Positions 1 to 15,104 of a DNA stretch of 30,882 nt are shown here, piece after piece. Below the pieces are notes generated by a model, which was given only the letters and a program-made list of their open reading frames with translations, searched no databases and was not told the origin of the DNA. The translations under genes were made by a program, and so were the position numbers. Position 1 is the stretch's first letter. The number at the start of each line of letters is the position of its first letter. This stretch comes from Caedimonas varicaedens (lineage in GTDB: Bacteria > Pseudomonadota > Alphaproteobacteria > Caedimonadales > Caedimonadaceae). The stretch spans positions 1 to 30,882 of the forward strand of contig BBVC01000021.1 in assembly GCA_001192655.1 (NCBI GenBank), read 5' to 3'.

Positions 1-59
1 GAGATTCAAAGTTCTTCTTTTTTTGTAAAAAAGGCTTGCTTTTTATCTCTTAATTGTTT

Positions 60-136
60 AGGAGTGTAGCTCAATTGGCTAGAGCGTCGGTCTCCAAAAC
101 CGAAGGTTGGGGGTTCGAGACCCTCCACTCCTGCCA
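60..136 (+). tRNA. trnW: tRNA-Trp (anticodon CCA), 3' CCA encoded
   Basis: Acceptor arm AGGAGTG (60-66) pairs with CACTCCT (126-132), followed by discriminator G and CCA (134-136). Anticodon stem TCGGT/ACCGA flanks loop CTCCAAA, with anticodon CCA at 94-96. T-arm is GGGGG-TTCGAGA-CCCTC. Layout closely resembles E. coli tRNA-Trp, and the position upstream of secE-nusG is classic. Confidence 0.93.
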
Positions 137-171
137 TTTGTCTGTAGAAATGATAAAAACTTAATTGGATT

Positions 172-366
172 GTGACCATGTCGAAAACAAGTCCTCTCGA
201 TTTTATGCGTCAAGTGCGCCAGGAAATTGGTAAGGTAACTTGGCCGACACGTAAGGAAACGATGGTCACTTCAATTATGGTTATTATATTGTCGGTTATT
301 GCGGCGATTTTCTTTCTGGCGGCAGATGGCTTGATCTCTTTTATTATTGGACATATTCTTGGATAA
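172..366 (+). CDS. secE: Preprotein translocase subunit SecE
   Basis: 64 aa with the conserved VRQEIGKVTWPTRKE motif followed by a single TM helix (MVTSIMVIILSVIAAIFFLAADGLISFII). Lies between tRNA-Trp and nusG. GTG at 172; the ATG at 178 is an equally plausible start. Confidence 0.9.
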   Translation: MTMSKTSPLDFMRQVRQEIGKVTWPTRKETMVTSIMVIILSVIAAIFFLAADGLISFIIGHILG

Positions 367-378
367 GGATGGCGCTTA

Positions 379-921
379 ATGACTGAAGCGTTGCGTTGGT
401 ATATAATTCATGTTTATTCTGGCTCTGAAAAAAAAGTAGCCGAAGCGATTCTTGAGCAGGCTCAGAAAAAGGGTTTGAGTAGCAAAATTCCAGAAGTTTT
501 GGTACCGCTGGAGCAAGTCGTGGAAGTTAAAAAAGGCGAGAAAATAACTTCGGAGAGGAAAGTTTTCCCGGGTTATGTTTTTGTTCAAACAGACATGTCT
601 GATGAAACATGGCATTTAATTAAGAATACCGCGAAGGTGACAAATTTTCTGGGTGGAAAGGGAAATAAGCCCATCCCTATCACCCAGGCAGAAATCCAGC
701 GCATTATGTCGCAGGCGGAAGAGCGCGTTAATAGCCCCAAACATAAAGTAAGCTTTGAAATTGGTGAGCAAGTTCGTGTATGCGATGGTCCTTTCAGTTC
801 TTTTAATGGGTTGGTTGAAGAGATTGAAGAAGAAAAAGAACGGCTCAAGGTGTCGGTTTCGATTTTTGGTCGTTCGACGCCGGTAGATTTGGAATTTTCA
901 CAGGTCGAGAAAGTAAAATAA
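379..921 (+). CDS. nusG: Transcription termination/antitermination factor NusG
   Basis: 180 aa. NGN domain (WYIIHVYSGSEKKV, FPGYVFV) and KOW motif (GEQVRVCDGPFSSFNGLVEEI). AAGGA SD about 9 nt upstream. Confidence 0.96.
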   Translation: MTEALRWYIIHVYSGSEKKVAEAILEQAQKKGLSSKIPEVLVPLEQVVEVKKGEKITSERKVFPGYVFVQTDMSDETWHLIKNTAKVTNFLGGKGNKPIPITQAEIQRIMSQAEERVNSPKHKVSFEIGEQVRVCDGPFSSFNGLVEEIEEEKERLKVSVSIFGRSTPVDLEFSQVEKVK

Positions 922-1005
922 GTTTCTGGCGGAGCAAGATATTTGTGCGGGAGGTGAGCCATTTACCGTTACCGCGCCCTTGGCAGATTAATATGAGGAA
1001 AGATT

Positions 1006-1437
1006 ATGGCAAAGAAAGTTGAAGGTTATATCAAGCTACAAGTGCCTGCGGGTAAGGCGAATCCTTCGCCGCCTATTGGTCCTGCGTTGGGTCAGCGTGG
1101 TTTGAATATTATGGAATTTTGTAAAGCATTTAATGCCAAGACACAGGATCTTGAAGCTGGGATGCCGATTCCTGTGGTTATTACAGCCTATTCTGATCGT
1201 TCTTTTACGTTTGTGACAAAGACACCTCCCAATACCTATTTTTTGAAAAAGGCAGCAGGTCTTGATAAAGGCTCTCAAACGCCTGGCAAAGGGGTAGTAG
1301 GTAAGATAACAATGGCGCAAGTTCTTGAAATTGCCCAAAAAAAGATGGTTGATCTGAACGCGAATGATATTGAGGCGGCCTCTCAAATGATTATTGGTTC
1401 TGCGCGTTCGATGGGTCTTCAAGTGGTGGAGTCTTAA
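1006..1437 (+). CDS. rplK: 50S ribosomal protein L11
   Basis: 143 aa with [30 protein letters not shown], a hallmark L11 N-terminal domain. GAGGAA SD upstream. Confidence 0.97.
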   Translation: MAKKVEGYIKLQVPAGKANPSPPIGPALGQRGLNIMEFCKAFNAKTQDLEAGMPIPVVITAYSDRSFTFVTKTPPNTYFLKKAAGLDKGSQTPGKGVVGKITMAQVLEIAQKKMVDLNANDIEAASQMIIGSARSMGLQVVES

Positions 1438-1441
1438 GATT

Positions 1442-2131
1442 ATGGTTATGCAAGGCAAGAGAATGCGTAAGGCTTATGAAAACCTTGATAAGGTTGAATT
1501 TATGAGTTTGACTGAAGCAGTTAAGACGATTAAGTCTCGGGCAACAGCTAAATTTGATGAAACTGTTGAGATTGCTATGAATCTGAATATTGATGTGCGC
1601 AAGGCAGATCAGGGTGTACGCGGGATGGTACAGCTTCCTAATGGCACAGGCAAGACGTTACGTGTTGCTGTGTTTGCGAAAGAAGATAAAGCAAAGGAAG
1701 CCTTGGCTGCAGGAGCTGATTTTGCGGGATCTGATGACTTGGTTGAGAAAGTTCAAAAAGGTGAAATTAATTTCGATCGTTGTGTGGCAACGCCTGATAT
1801 GATGGTTCTTGTGGGTAAGCTTGGTAAGATTTTGGGTCCCAAAGGTTTGATGCCTAACCCAAAATTGGGAACAGTAACGCCGAATGTTGCCGAAGCTGTC
1901 AAAGCAGCCAAGGGCGGTCAAATTGAATATCGTGCTGAAAAAGCAGGAATCATTCATGCAGGTGTTGGCAAGGCAAGCTTCTCTGGGGAAAAGTTGACCG
2001 AGAATGTGAAGGCATTTATTGATGCTGTTGTGAAGGCTCGTCCTGCAGGAGTTAAAGGGAATTATGTTAAAAAGATTTCCTTAAGCTCAACCATGGGGCC
2101 TTCTATTAAACTAGATTTGGCTGAGTTTTAG
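1442..2131 (+). CDS. rplA: 50S ribosomal protein L1
   Basis: Motifs [13 protein letters not shown] and [16 protein letters not shown]. The ORF-track start at 1394 overlaps rplK. The homologous N-terminus ([10 protein letters not shown]) begins at ATG 1442 (or ATG 1448), just after the rplK stop at 1437, with GGTGGAG upstream. Confidence 0.93.
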   Translation: MVMQGKRMRKAYENLDKVEFMSLTEAVKTIKSRATAKFDETVEIAMNLNIDVRKADQGVRGMVQLPNGTGKTLRVAVFAKEDKAKEALAAGADFAGSDDLVEKVQKGEINFDRCVATPDMMVLVGKLGKILGPKGLMPNPKLGTVTPNVAEAVKAAKGGQIEYRAEKAGIIHAGVGKASFSGEKLTENVKAFIDAVVKARPAGVKGNYVKKISLSSTMGPSIKLDLAEF

Positions 2132-2383
2132 CAAAACCGGAGAAGTCCGGGATATTTTTCTGGAGCAAGCTTCAAGGAAGCTTTCTCCAGGAGGGAAGAG
2201 CGGAGAAATCCGCTCGGTCTGTCCGAGACTGTAGGTACTTCCTGTGAAGTTTAAGGAGAAATCGCCTGCATAGACGGAAGAAAACACAAAGAATCTTCGT
2301 GACGTTTGTGTCAAGCTCTTTCGGGGCAGATAGGGTAAATGCTGGGTCTCATGGGGAGATTCAGGAACTTGAAGGAGAAAGAC
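2132..2383 (+). promoter_or_regulatory. Structured 5' leader of rplJ-rplL (candidate L10-(L7/L12) autoregulatory leader)
   Basis: A 252-nt non-coding spacer in an otherwise compact locus. Hairpin 2160-2190: CTGGAG-c-AAGCTT-caagg-AAGCTT-t-CTCCAG. Hairpin 2198-2215: GAGCGGA-GAAA-TCCGCTC with a GNRA-type loop. Small hairpin 2137-2150: CCGGA-gaag-TCCGG. Function is inferred by analogy to the E. coli rplJ leader. Confidence 0.45.
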
Positions 2384-2890
2384 GTGGATAGAACTGAGAA
2401 AACTCAAATGGTTGAGTCTCTCCGATCCGCGCTGAAGGGTGCAGAGCTTGTGGTGTTAACGCGCCAAAGTGGGCTGACTGTGGATGAATCACTGGATTTG
2501 CGTCGTAAAGTGCGTGCCGCTAGTGCTCATTTTAAGGTCGCTAAAAACACCCTTGTATGCCTGGCTGTTAAAGGCACTTCGTGCGAATCATTGATAGAGC
2601 ATTTGAAGGGTCCTACAGCGCTTGCGTACTCTGAAGACCCGATTGCGGCGGCAAAAATTGTTGCTGAGTTTGCGAACAAGAATGAGAAATTGGAAATTGT
2701 TTGCGGCGTAATGGGTGGTTCCTTTTTGAATGCAGCGGCTGTGAAGGCCCTGGCGACTTTGCCATCGCTTGATGAATTGCGTGGAAAAATCGTTAGTCTT
2801 CTTCAAGCTCCTGCAACTAAAGTAGCCGGAGTGCTTCAGGCTCCAGCGGGTCAATTGGCGCGTGTTTTTTCTGCTTATAGCAAAAAATAA
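2384..2890 (+). CDS. rplJ: 50S ribosomal protein L10
   Basis: The homologous L10 N-terminus (V/M)DRTEKTQMVESL begins at GTG 2384, with AAGGAG SD at 2372-2377 (6-nt spacing). The ORF-track start at 2339 adds 15 non-homologous residues. Contains KVAKNTL. Confidence 0.93.
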   Translation: MDRTEKTQMVESLRSALKGAELVVLTRQSGLTVDESLDLRRKVRAASAHFKVAKNTLVCLAVKGTSCESLIEHLKGPTALAYSEDPIAAAKIVAEFANKNEKLEIVCGVMGGSFLNAAAVKALATLPSLDELRGKIVSLLQAPATKVAGVLQAPAGQLARVFSAYSKK

Positions 2891-2949
2891 GACGTTGAGC
2901 CATTAAATGAGCATGACACGAAGTTAAAGAGTGAAGGAGAATTAAATAA

Positions 2950-3327
2950 ATGTCTACAGTAAGTTTAGAGAAAATTGTTGATCAGCTTTCGGCATTGACA
3001 GTGATGGAAGCTGCTGAGCTTTCAAAATTACTTGAAGAGAAGTGGGGCGTTTCTGCAGCTGCGCCGGTAGCGGTTGCTGCTGTTGCAGGTGCTGCAGCTC
3101 CTGTTGCTGAAGAACAAACGGAATTTTCCGTTATGTTGATGGATGCAGGGGCCCAGAAAATTAATGTGATTAAGGAAGTCCGTGCGATTACAGGTTTAGG
3201 GTTGGTTGAGGCCAAGACTTTGGTTGAGAGTGCGCCTAAAGCTGTAAAAGAGGGCGTAAGTAAGGAAGAGGCCGTTAAGATCAAGGATACTCTTGAGAAA
3301 GCCGGTGCGAAGGTTGATCTTAAATAA
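2950..3327 (+). CDS. rplL: 50S ribosomal protein L7/L12
   Basis: 125 aa. Ala/Val-rich hinge ([20 protein letters not shown]) and C-terminal domain [32 protein letters not shown] upstream. Confidence 0.97.
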   Translation: MSTVSLEKIVDQLSALTVMEAAELSKLLEEKWGVSAAAPVAVAAVAGAAAPVAEEQTEFSVMLMDAGAQKINVIKEVRAITGLGLVEAKTLVESAPKAVKEGVSKEEAVKIKDTLEKAGAKVDLK

Positions 3328-3349
3328 AGTCAATTTTGATGAAAACAGT

Positions 3350-3400
3350 GATTGGAAAGTCGCCTAGAGTGCTGACTTTTCAATCATGTATTTTGTATTT
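3350..3400 (+). terminator. Putative attenuator / partial intrinsic terminator between rplL and rpoB
   Basis: 12-bp stem GATTGGAAAGTC (3350-3361) pairs with GACTTTTCAATC (3374-3385), including one G-U pair. It is followed by the T-rich ATGTATTTTGTATTT. An rplL-rpoB attenuator is known in E. coli, so the position is analogous. Confidence 0.45.
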
Positions 3401-3538
3401 AGGTCATTATCTCTTATTGGGATATAAAATTGATGAAGTTTGGGAAGAAATAAGAAACAATATTCTTCAAGAGTAGGTTTTTAATTTTTGCTTCTTAATG
3501 TTTTTTTGACAGTTACTATGAGAATTTGAGGGACGCCG

Positions 3539-6500
3539 ATGCCATTATTACCCGGTCGCAAACGTATTCGTAAAAGCTTTGAACGTTTAAGTGGCGTTGC
3601 GCCTATGCCGAATCTAATCGAGCTCCAGAAAGGCTCTTATGAGGCATTTTTGCAAAGGACAGTGTCTTTTGACAAGAGAGAAATGGTTGGACTGCAGGCA
3701 GTCTTGAAATCTTTCTTTCCAATCAAGGATTTTTCCGAACGTTCACAGCTTGAATTTTATCGTTATGATTTTGAAATGCCAAAATATGACGTAGAAGAAT
3801 GTCAGCAACGAGATTCTACCTATGCCGCGCCTCTTAAAGTGACATTCCGTCTTGTGGTTTGGGATGAGGATCAAGAGACGAAGGCGCGGTCTATTCGGGA
3901 TATCAAAGAGCAAGAAGTTTATATGGGCGATATCCCATTGATGACGGATAATGGCACATTTATCATTAACGGGGTAGAGCGTGTGATTGTATCTCAAATG
4001 CACCGTTCTCCAGGTGTATTTTTCGATCATGATCGAGGAAAAACCCATTCTTCAGGAAAGCTTTTATTTTCGGGACGTATTATTCCCTATCGTGGTTCCT
4101 GGCTTGATTTTGAATTTGATGCAAAAGACTTGCTTTATGTCCGTATTGATCGTCGTCGTAAATTGCCAGTGACAACTCTTTTGATGAGTTTGAGTGATGA
4201 TATGAAGCCAGCTCATACGAGAGAAGGGGCAGAAAATCAATCTTCACTTGGCATGACGCGGGAGCAAATCCTTGCAGAATTTTATGATTGTGTGGCTTTC
4301 ATTAAAACGAAAAAGGGATGGAAAATACCTTTTGATGTAACTCGTTGGCGAAGTGGCAAGTTGCAGCGTGATTTGATCGATGCAAAAACAGGGAAAGTAT
4401 TTCTGGAAGAGGGAGAGAAAATGACTCCCCGCCTTGTCAAAAAACTCAAAGACGATGGTATTACAGAAATTTTGGTTCCCTTCGACGATTTATTAGGCCG
4501 TTTTGTTTCTGAAGATATGATTAATGAATCCACAGGTGAAATTTATGTGGAAGCAGGGGACGAAATTACAGAAGATATCCTCAAAATTCTGGAACAGGCT
4601 GACTTTGAGCGAATACCAACGCTTGCCATTGATCATATTCATACAGGTCCCTACCTCAGGAATACCTTGATGGCAGATCGTAATTATTCCCGTGAAGAGG
4701 CATTGCTGGATATTTATCGTGTTATGCGTCCAGGAGAACCGCCTACAATTGAAAGTGCGGAGTCTCTTTTCTATAGTCTCTTTTTTGATTTGGAACGGTA
4801 TGATTTATCCGCGGTAGGACGCGTAAAAATGAATTCCCGTCTGGAGATTCAGACAGAAGATAACGTTCGTATTTTACGCAAGGAAGATATTATTGCCATC
4901 GTGAAGGTTTTGCTTGAATTAAAGGATGGTCGTGGCGAGATTGACGATATTGATAATTTGGGGAATCGTCGTGTTCGCCCTGTTGGAGAGTTGCTCGAAA
5001 ATCAATTTCGTATGGGTCTTTCACGGATGGAGCGCGCCATTCGCGAACGCATGAGTTCGGTGGATATTGATACATGTATGCCTCATGACTTAATTAATGC
5101 AAAGCCTGTGTCAGGGGCGGTGAAAGAGTTTTTTGCTTCTTCTCAGCTGTCGCAGTTTATGGATCAGACAAATGCTCTTGCAGAAATTACCCACAAGCGC
5201 CGCCTTTCGGCTTTGGGTCCTGGTGGACTTACGCGTGAGCGGGCAGGCTTTGAGGTGCGCGATGTGCATCCAACGCATTATGGTCGCATGTGTCCGATTG
5301 AAACGCCGGAAGGTCCGAATATCGGTTTGATTAACTCTCTTGCGACATATGCGCGTGTTAATAAATATGGCTTTATTGAAAGCCCTTATCGACGGGTCGT
5401 AAAGGCCAAGGTAACTGATGAGATTGTTTATCTTTCTGCGACGGAAGAAAGCCGTTATGCGATTGCTCAGGCAAGTGCGGGGATGGACAGCAAGGGTTAT
5501 TTAAACGAAGATTTTGTGAGTTGTCGCAAGGAAGGTGAGTTTACTATTGCTCCGCCCAGTGACATTGATTTTATTGATGTTTCTCCTAAGCAACTTGTTT
5601 CTGTTGCGGCTTCGTTGATTCCTTTTTTGGAAAACGATGATGCAAACAGAGCATTAATGGGATCAAATATGCAGCGGCAAGCTGTGCCATTGTTACAGGC
5701 AGAAGCGCCTTTAATCGGGACAGGTATGGAGAAGTCTGTTGCGAGCGATTCGGGTGTTACTGTTATTGCAAAAAGAGATGGTATCGTTGATCAGGCAGAT
5801 GCCATGCGGATTGTTATTCGTGTAACAGATGATTTTGCAAAAACTGGTTCAGTTGTAGATATTTATAATTTACGAAAATTCCAACGTTCTAACCATAGTA
5901 CGTGCATTAACCAAAAGCCGCTTGTTTTCCCAGGCGAGAGTGTCAAGGCAGGTGATATTATTGCCGATGGTCCAGCCACCGATTGCGGAGAGTTGGCGCT
6001 TGGTCAAAACGTATTGGTCGCCTTTATGCCTTGGCATGGGTATAATTTTGAAGATTCAATTATTTTGTCAGAGCGATTGGTTCGTGAAGATACTTTTACC
6101 TCGATTCATATTGAAGAGTTTGAGACAAGCGCGCGCGATACGAAACTGGGACAAGAAGAAATCACGCGCGATATTCCTAATGTAAGTGATGAAGCCTTGC
6201 GGCATCTTGATGAAGCGGGTATTGGACGTATTGGAGCAGAAGTGAAACCAGGAGATATCCTGGTTGGTAAGGTAACGCCCAAGGGTGAAACTCCTATGAC
6301 GCCTGAGGAGAAACTTCTTCGAGCAATTTTTGGTGAAAAAGCTTCTGATGTGCGAGATACTTCCTTGCGGGTGCCGCCTGGAGTGTCGGGGACCATTGTT
6401 GAGGTTCGGGTTTTTTCACGTCGAGGTGTTGAGAAAGACGAGCGTGTTCTTGCCATTGAACGCGCAGAAGTCAATAAGCTTGCCCAAGATCGTGATGCAG

Positions 6501-7690
6501 AGAAATCGATTCTTGAGCGTGCCTTTTTTGTGCGTCTTGAGCAGTTGTTGAAAGGGCATAAGGTCACGAGCGCGCCAAAAGGCGTTAAAGCGGGAGCTCA
6601 AGTAGATACAAAACTTCTTGAGTCCCTGACAAAAGGTCAATGGCGTCAGCTGGTTATAGAGCATGAAGGGGTGATGAGTGAAATTGAATCCCTCAAAAAA
6701 CAGCATGATGAAGATATTAGTGCTATCCAGAAGTGGTTTGAAGATAAAGTTGATAAAGTGCGTCGTGGTGATGAGTTGCCAACAGGGGTTCTGAAAACAG
6801 TCAAGATTTTCGTTGCGACGAAGCGCAAAATTCAGCCCGGAGATAAAATGGCAGGTCGTCATGGAAACAAAGGAGTTGTCTCTTATATTGTTCCTTTGGA
6901 AGATATGCCGCATTTGGAAGATGGCACACCTGTTGATATTATTCTTAACCCTCTTGGTTTACCGTCACGGATGAATGTGGGGCAGATTCTGGAAACTCAT
7001 CTGGGGTGGGCATCAGCAGGTTTGGGAAAACAGCTTTCCAACCTTCTTTGTGAGATTTATAATTCTGCGAAGACACCGGAAGATCTTCGGAATCTTCTCT
7101 TAAGCATTTATCCTCGAGAAGAAGATACTAAAAAACTTCGAGAGATGCCTGAAGAAGAACTCATCATGAGTGCAGGGTCTATGATTAAGGGTATTCCTAT
7201 GGCAACGCCTGTTTTTGACGGAGCCCATGAAGAGGATATCGTCAGGGAACTTGAAAAGGCAGGACTCCATACATCAGGACAGGTAACTCTGATTGATGGA
7301 CGAACAGGCGATCCTTTTTCGCGCAAGATAACAGTAGGTTATATTTACATGCTGAAACTCTCTCACATGGTTGATGATAAGATTCATGCCCGTTCTGTAG
7401 GTCCTTATAGTTTGGTGACGCAACAACCTCTTGGGGGTAAGGCGCAATTTGGGGGGCAACGTTTTGGAGAGATGGAAGTATGGGCTTTGGAAGCTTATGG
7501 TGCAGCTTATACTTTGCAAGAGATGTTGACTGTGAAGTCTGACGATGTATCTGGTCGTACAAAAGTTTATGAATCGATTGTTCGGGGTGATGACGCATTT
7601 GAATCAGGTATTCCCGAGTCCTTCAATGTTCTTGTGAAGGAACTGAAATCATTAGGATTGAATGTGGATCTTGTCGAAGGTAAACATTAG
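3539..7690 (+). CDS. rpoB: DNA-directed RNA polymerase subunit beta
   Basis: 1383 aa. N-terminus GRKRIRKSF...[12 protein letters not shown], Rif cluster [29 protein letters not shown], plus NMQRQAVPL and [23 protein letters not shown] upstream. Confidence 0.98.
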   Translation: MPLLPGRKRIRKSFERLSGVAPMPNLIELQKGSYEAFLQRTVSFDKREMVGLQAVLKSFFPIKDFSERSQLEFYRYDFEMPKYDVEECQQRDSTYAAPLKVTFRLVVWDEDQETKARSIRDIKEQEVYMGDIPLMTDNGTFIINGVERVIVSQMHRSPGVFFDHDRGKTHSSGKLLFSGRIIPYRGSWLDFEFDAKDLLYVRIDRRRKLPVTTLLMSLSDDMKPAHTREGAENQSSLGMTREQILAEFYDCVAFIKTKKGWKIPFDVTRWRSGKLQRDLIDAKTGKVFLEEGEKMTPRLVKKLKDDGITEILVPFDDLLGRFVSEDMINESTGEIYVEAGDEITEDILKILEQADFERIPTLAIDHIHTGPYLRNTLMADRNYSREEALLDIYRVMRPGEPPTIESAESLFYSLFFDLERYDLSAVGRVKMNSRLEIQTEDNVRILRKEDIIAIVKVLLELKDGRGEIDDIDNLGNRRVRPVGELLENQFRMGLSRMERAIRERMSSVDIDTCMPHDLINAKPVSGAVKEFFASSQLSQFMDQTNALAEITHKRRLSALGPGGLTRERAGFEVRDVHPTHYGRMCPIETPEGPNIGLINSLATYARVNKYGFIESPYRRVVKAKVTDEIVYLSATEESRYAIAQASAGMDSKGYLNEDFVSCRKEGEFTIAPPSDIDFIDVSPKQLVSVAASLIPFLENDDANRALMGSNMQRQAVPLLQAEAPLIGTGMEKSVASDSGVTVIAKRDGIVDQADAMRIVIRVTDDFAKTGSVVDIYNLRKFQRSNHSTCINQKPLVFPGESVKAGDIIADGPATDCGELALGQNVLVAFMPWHGYNFEDSIILSERLVREDTFTSIHIEEFETSARDTKLGQEEITRDIPNVSDEALRHLDEAGIGRIGAEVKPGDILVGKVTPKGETPMTPEEKLLRAIFGEKASDVRDTSLRVPPGVSGTIVEVRVFSRRGVEKDERVLAIERAEVNKLAQDRDAEKSILERAFFVRLEQLLKGHKVTSAPKGVKAGAQVDTKLLESLTKGQWRQLVIEHEGVMSEIESLKKQHDEDISAIQKWFEDKVDKVRRGDELPTGVLKTVKIFVATKRKIQPGDKMAGRHGNKGVVSYIVPLEDMPHLEDGTPVDIILNPLGLPSRMNVGQILETHLGWASAGLGKQLSNLLCEIYNSAKTPEDLRNLLLSIYPREEDTKKLREMPEEELIMSAGSMIKGIPMATPVFDGAHEEDIVRELEKAGLHTSGQVTLIDGRTGDPFSRKITVGYIYMLKLSHMVDDKIHARSVGPYSLVTQQPLGGKAQFGGQRFGEMEVWALEAYGAAYTLQEMLTVKSDDVSGRTKVYESIVRGDDAFESGIPESFNVLVKELKSLGLNVDLVEGKH

Positions 7691-7694
7691 TTAA

Positions 7695-11891
<4,197 letters not shown>

Positions 11892-11945
11892 ATGTTCACT
11901 AAAGGTGTATCTTAAGTATTTTTTGGCGGGAGTTGTAATGAAGTC

Positions 11946-11988
11946 TTGACTCTCGGCTGTTGTCTGACTAAGATGCCGCGATTATAAG
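11946..11988 (+). promoter_or_regulatory. Candidate sigma70-type promoter(s) of the str operon
   Basis: TTGACT (11946-11951), 17 nt, then TAAGAT (11969-11974). An overlapping second candidate is TTGTCT (11960-11965), 17 nt, then TATAAG (11983-11988). Both lie in the 232-nt rpoC-rpsL spacer and would give a leader of roughly 130-150 nt. Confidence 0.5.
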
Positions 11989-12123
11989 GTGTTAAAGATG
12001 TGGTTCATGGTGTAAGCAGGCGCTTATGATTTACGAGCCAATTTTTGTTTTAAAAATAAAGCCTTTACTCTCATTATTTTTGAGTGAGGCGAGAGTTAGG
12101 ATTTTAGGAAAGGAATAGGCTGA

Positions 12124-12495
12124 ATGCCAACAATCAACCAGCTGATTCGTAAGCCGCGTGAAACAACGCCACCACGCAATAAGGTGCCACATATGCAGGC
12201 ATGTCCGCAAAAGCGTGGAATTTGTACGCGTGTCAGTACAACAACCCCGAAAAAACCAAACTCGGCGTTGCGTAAAATTGCGCGTATTCGTCTTACCAAT
12301 GGTTTTGAAGTAACTGGGTATATTCCAGGAGAAGGGCACAACTTACAAGAGTACTCCGTGGTGTTGATTCGTGGGGGACGTGTAAAGGACTTGCCTGGTG
12401 TTCGCTATCATATTATTCGTGGGGCTCTGGATACCCAGGGTGTTTCAAAACGTCGTCAAGGTCGTTCCAAATACGGCGCAAAGCGTCCAAAGTAG
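12124..12495 (+). CDS. rpsL: 30S ribosomal protein S12
   Basis: 123 aa with [12 protein letters not shown] and [13 protein letters not shown]. The streptomycin-site lysines are wild-type. Confidence 0.98.
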   Translation: MPTINQLIRKPRETTPPRNKVPHMQACPQKRGICTRVSTTTPKKPNSALRKIARIRLTNGFEVTGYIPGEGHNLQEYSVVLIRGGRVKDLPGVRYHIIRGALDTQGVSKRRQGRSKYGAKRPK

Positions 12496-12975
<480 letters not shown>

Positions 12976-12998
12976 GTTTTTGATAAGGCAAATTAAAC

Positions 12999-15074
12999 AT
13001 GGTACGCAGCACATCTCTTGATTTATACCGCAATATAGGCATCATGGCCCATATCGATGCAGGCAAGACGACAACCACTGAACGTATTCTCTATTATACA
13101 GGAAAGTCTTATAAGATTGGCGAAGTGCATGAAGGCGCCGCCACTATGGACTGGATGGAGCAAGAGCAAGAGCGGGGCATCACAATCACCTCGGCGGCGA
13201 CTACGTGTTTCTGGCGAGATCACCGTATTAATATTATTGATACGCCTGGCCACGTTGATTTTACTATCGAAGTTGAACGTTCTTTGCGCGTTTTAGATGG
13301 CGCTGTTGCTGTTTTTGATAGTGTGGCCGGTGTTGAGCCTCAATCTGAGACGGTGTGGCGTCAAGCTGATAAGTACCATGTCCCTCGTATTTGTTTTGTT
13401 AATAAGATGGATCGTATCGGGGCTAATTTCTTTCGCACTGTTGATATGATGGTTGATCGATTGGGTGCCAATCCAGTTGTTATTCAACTTCCTATTGGGA
13501 CAGAAAGTGAATTTGTTGGTGTTGTTGATCTGATTGAAATGCGTGCTATTCGCTGGAAAGATGAAAATCTTGGCGCTGAATTTGTCTATGAAGATATTCC
13601 TGAAAATATGAAAAGTCAGGCTTTAGAATATCGTTCCAAGCTTGTTGAAGCAGTCGTTGAAATGGATGATAATGCGCTTGAGGCTTACCTTGCTGGGGTT
13701 GATCCTTCAGCAGAGGTGCTTCTTAAATGTTTGCGTAAGGGAACTTTGATATCTAAGCTGGTTCCTGTTCTTTGTGGATCTGCCTTTAAAAACAAAGGTG
13801 TTCAGCCGTTGTTGGATGCTGTTGTTCATTTTTTGCCTTCTCCAAAAGATGTGGGGGCAATGAAAGGAACGAGTTTGAATGGCGAAACTGAAATAATCCG
13901 ACAGCCCAGTGATGATGAGCCTTTTTGTGGGTTGGCATTTAAGATTATGACAGACCCCTTTGTCGGTTCTTTGACTTTTATGCGTGTTTACTCTGGTGTA
14001 TTGGAAAGCGGTTCCTATGTTTTGAATTCGGTCAAAGATAAAAAAGAGCGCATTGGGCGCATGCTTTTGATGCATGCCAATAGTCGGGAAGATATTAAGG
14101 AGGCGCGAGCAGGGGATATTGTTGCTTTGTGTGGTTTAAAAGAAACGACAACAGGAGAAACGCTCTGTGACCCTTCCAAGTCTGTTATTTTAGAGAGAAT
14201 GGAATTTCCTGATCCGGTTATTGAAGTTGCTCTTGAGCCTAAAACAAAGGCTGATCAGGAAAAAATGTCTCTGGCTTTATCAAGATTAGCACAGGAAGAC
14301 CCTTCTTTCCGTGTTACGTCGGATCCAGAAACAGGTCAGATAGTGATTAAGGGGATGGGTGAGCTTCATCTTGAAATTAAGGTAGATATTCTAAAGCGTG
14401 ATTTTAAGGTTGATGCTATCGTGGGGCAGCCTCAAGTTGCCTATCGTGAAACGATTACTCAAAAATATGAAGTTGATTATACTCATAAAAAACAAAGTGG
14501 AGGTGCGGGACAATTTGCTCGCGTCATTATTCGCTTCGAACCTCAAAAACCAGGAGAAGGTTATTTTTTCGAGAGTAAGATTGTTGGTGGTTCTGTGCCT
14601 AAAGAGTATATCCCGGGCGTTCAGAAAGGTCTTGCCTCAGCTCTTGAAACGGGTGTCCTTGCAGGCTTTCCGATGATTGATTTTAAGGCGACATTAATTG
14701 ACGGCGCATATCATGATGTGGATTCAAGTGTCCTTGCGTTTGAGATTGCAGGTCGTATGGCATTTCGTGAAGGAATAAAAAAAGCTTCGCCAAAATTACT
14801 TGAACCAATCATGAAGGTTGAAGTTGTTACGCCCGAAGAGTATATGGGAGATGTCATTGGTGATTTAAACAGTCGGCGTGGCCAAATTAGTGGGATGGAT
14901 CAGCGTGGTAATGCCCGGGTTGTTAATGCGATGGTTCCGCTTGCAAACTTGTTTGGCTATGTTAATACATTACGTTCTATGAGTCAGGGTCGAGCACAGT
15001 TTACGATGATGTTTGATCATTATGAGCAGGTGCCGCAGCATGTGGCCGATGAAATCGTGACAAAGAATACGTAG
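12999..15074 (+). CDS. fusA: Elongation factor G
   Basis: 691 aa. G-domain motifs [23 protein letters not shown] and NKMD, with EF-G domains IV and V recognisable. Confidence 0.98.
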   Translation: MVRSTSLDLYRNIGIMAHIDAGKTTTTERILYYTGKSYKIGEVHEGAATMDWMEQEQERGITITSAATTCFWRDHRINIIDTPGHVDFTIEVERSLRVLDGAVAVFDSVAGVEPQSETVWRQADKYHVPRICFVNKMDRIGANFFRTVDMMVDRLGANPVVIQLPIGTESEFVGVVDLIEMRAIRWKDENLGAEFVYEDIPENMKSQALEYRSKLVEAVVEMDDNALEAYLAGVDPSAEVLLKCLRKGTLISKLVPVLCGSAFKNKGVQPLLDAVVHFLPSPKDVGAMKGTSLNGETEIIRQPSDDEPFCGLAFKIMTDPFVGSLTFMRVYSGVLESGSYVLNSVKDKKERIGRMLLMHANSREDIKEARAGDIVALCGLKETTTGETLCDPSKSVILERMEFPDPVIEVALEPKTKADQEKMSLALSRLAQEDPSFRVTSDPETGQIVIKGMGELHLEIKVDILKRDFKVDAIVGQPQVAYRETITQKYEVDYTHKKQSGGAGQFARVIIRFEPQKPGEGYFFESKIVGGSVPKEYIPGVQKGLASALETGVLAGFPMIDFKATLIDGAYHDVDSSVLAFEIAGRMAFREGIKKASPKLLEPIMKVEVVTPEEYMGDVIGDLNSRRGQISGMDQRGNARVVNAMVPLANLFGYVNTLRSMSQGRAQFTMMFDHYEQVPQHVADEIVTKNT

Positions 15075-15104
15075 GGTGAGAATTTAAAGAAGGGATGAAT
15101 CAAG

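Noticed and set aside
1-59. Possible promoter or terminator upstream of tRNA-Trp (TTGTAA and TTGCTT hexamers, A/T-run hairpin)
   Set aside because: No -35/-10 pair has acceptable spacing. The hairpins are almost pure A-T, and the window edge truncates the context.
1394-1441. ORF-track N-terminal extensions, including rplA from 1394, rplJ from 2339 and rpmC from 20999
   Set aside because: The extensions overlap the preceding gene or a structured leader and are not homologous to the protein families. Downstream starts have proper SD spacing. Smaller trims were made for rplC, rplE, rpmD and rplO.
376-1458. Minus-strand ORFs 376-615, 585-962 and 1036-1458, antisense to nusG and rplK
   Set aside because: They are antisense shadow ORFs within conserved genes and carry no motifs.
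3506-3511. Perfect TTGACA hexamer 28 nt upstream of the rpoB start
   Set aside because: No acceptable -10 element lies at 16-19 nt spacing, and the hexamer is too close to the SD and ATG. It is probably a chance occurrence in AT-rich spacer.
6106-6913. Minus-strand ORFs of 153 and 165 aa, plus other short ORFs on both strands, inside rpoB
   Set aside because: They are shadow frames inside a 1383-aa conserved gene, and their translations are Ser/Arg/Phe-rich nonsense. The same applies to ORFs at 3743-4048, 4282-4533 and 7242-7598, and to all off-frame ORFs inside rpoC.
12031-12341. Two minus-strand ORFs (102 and 81 aa) covering the rpsL 5' end and leader
   Set aside because: They overlap the S12 coding region in antisense. 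Their Cys/Arg/Trp-rich translations resemble no known family. The + strand here is better explained as a promoter, leader and rpsL.
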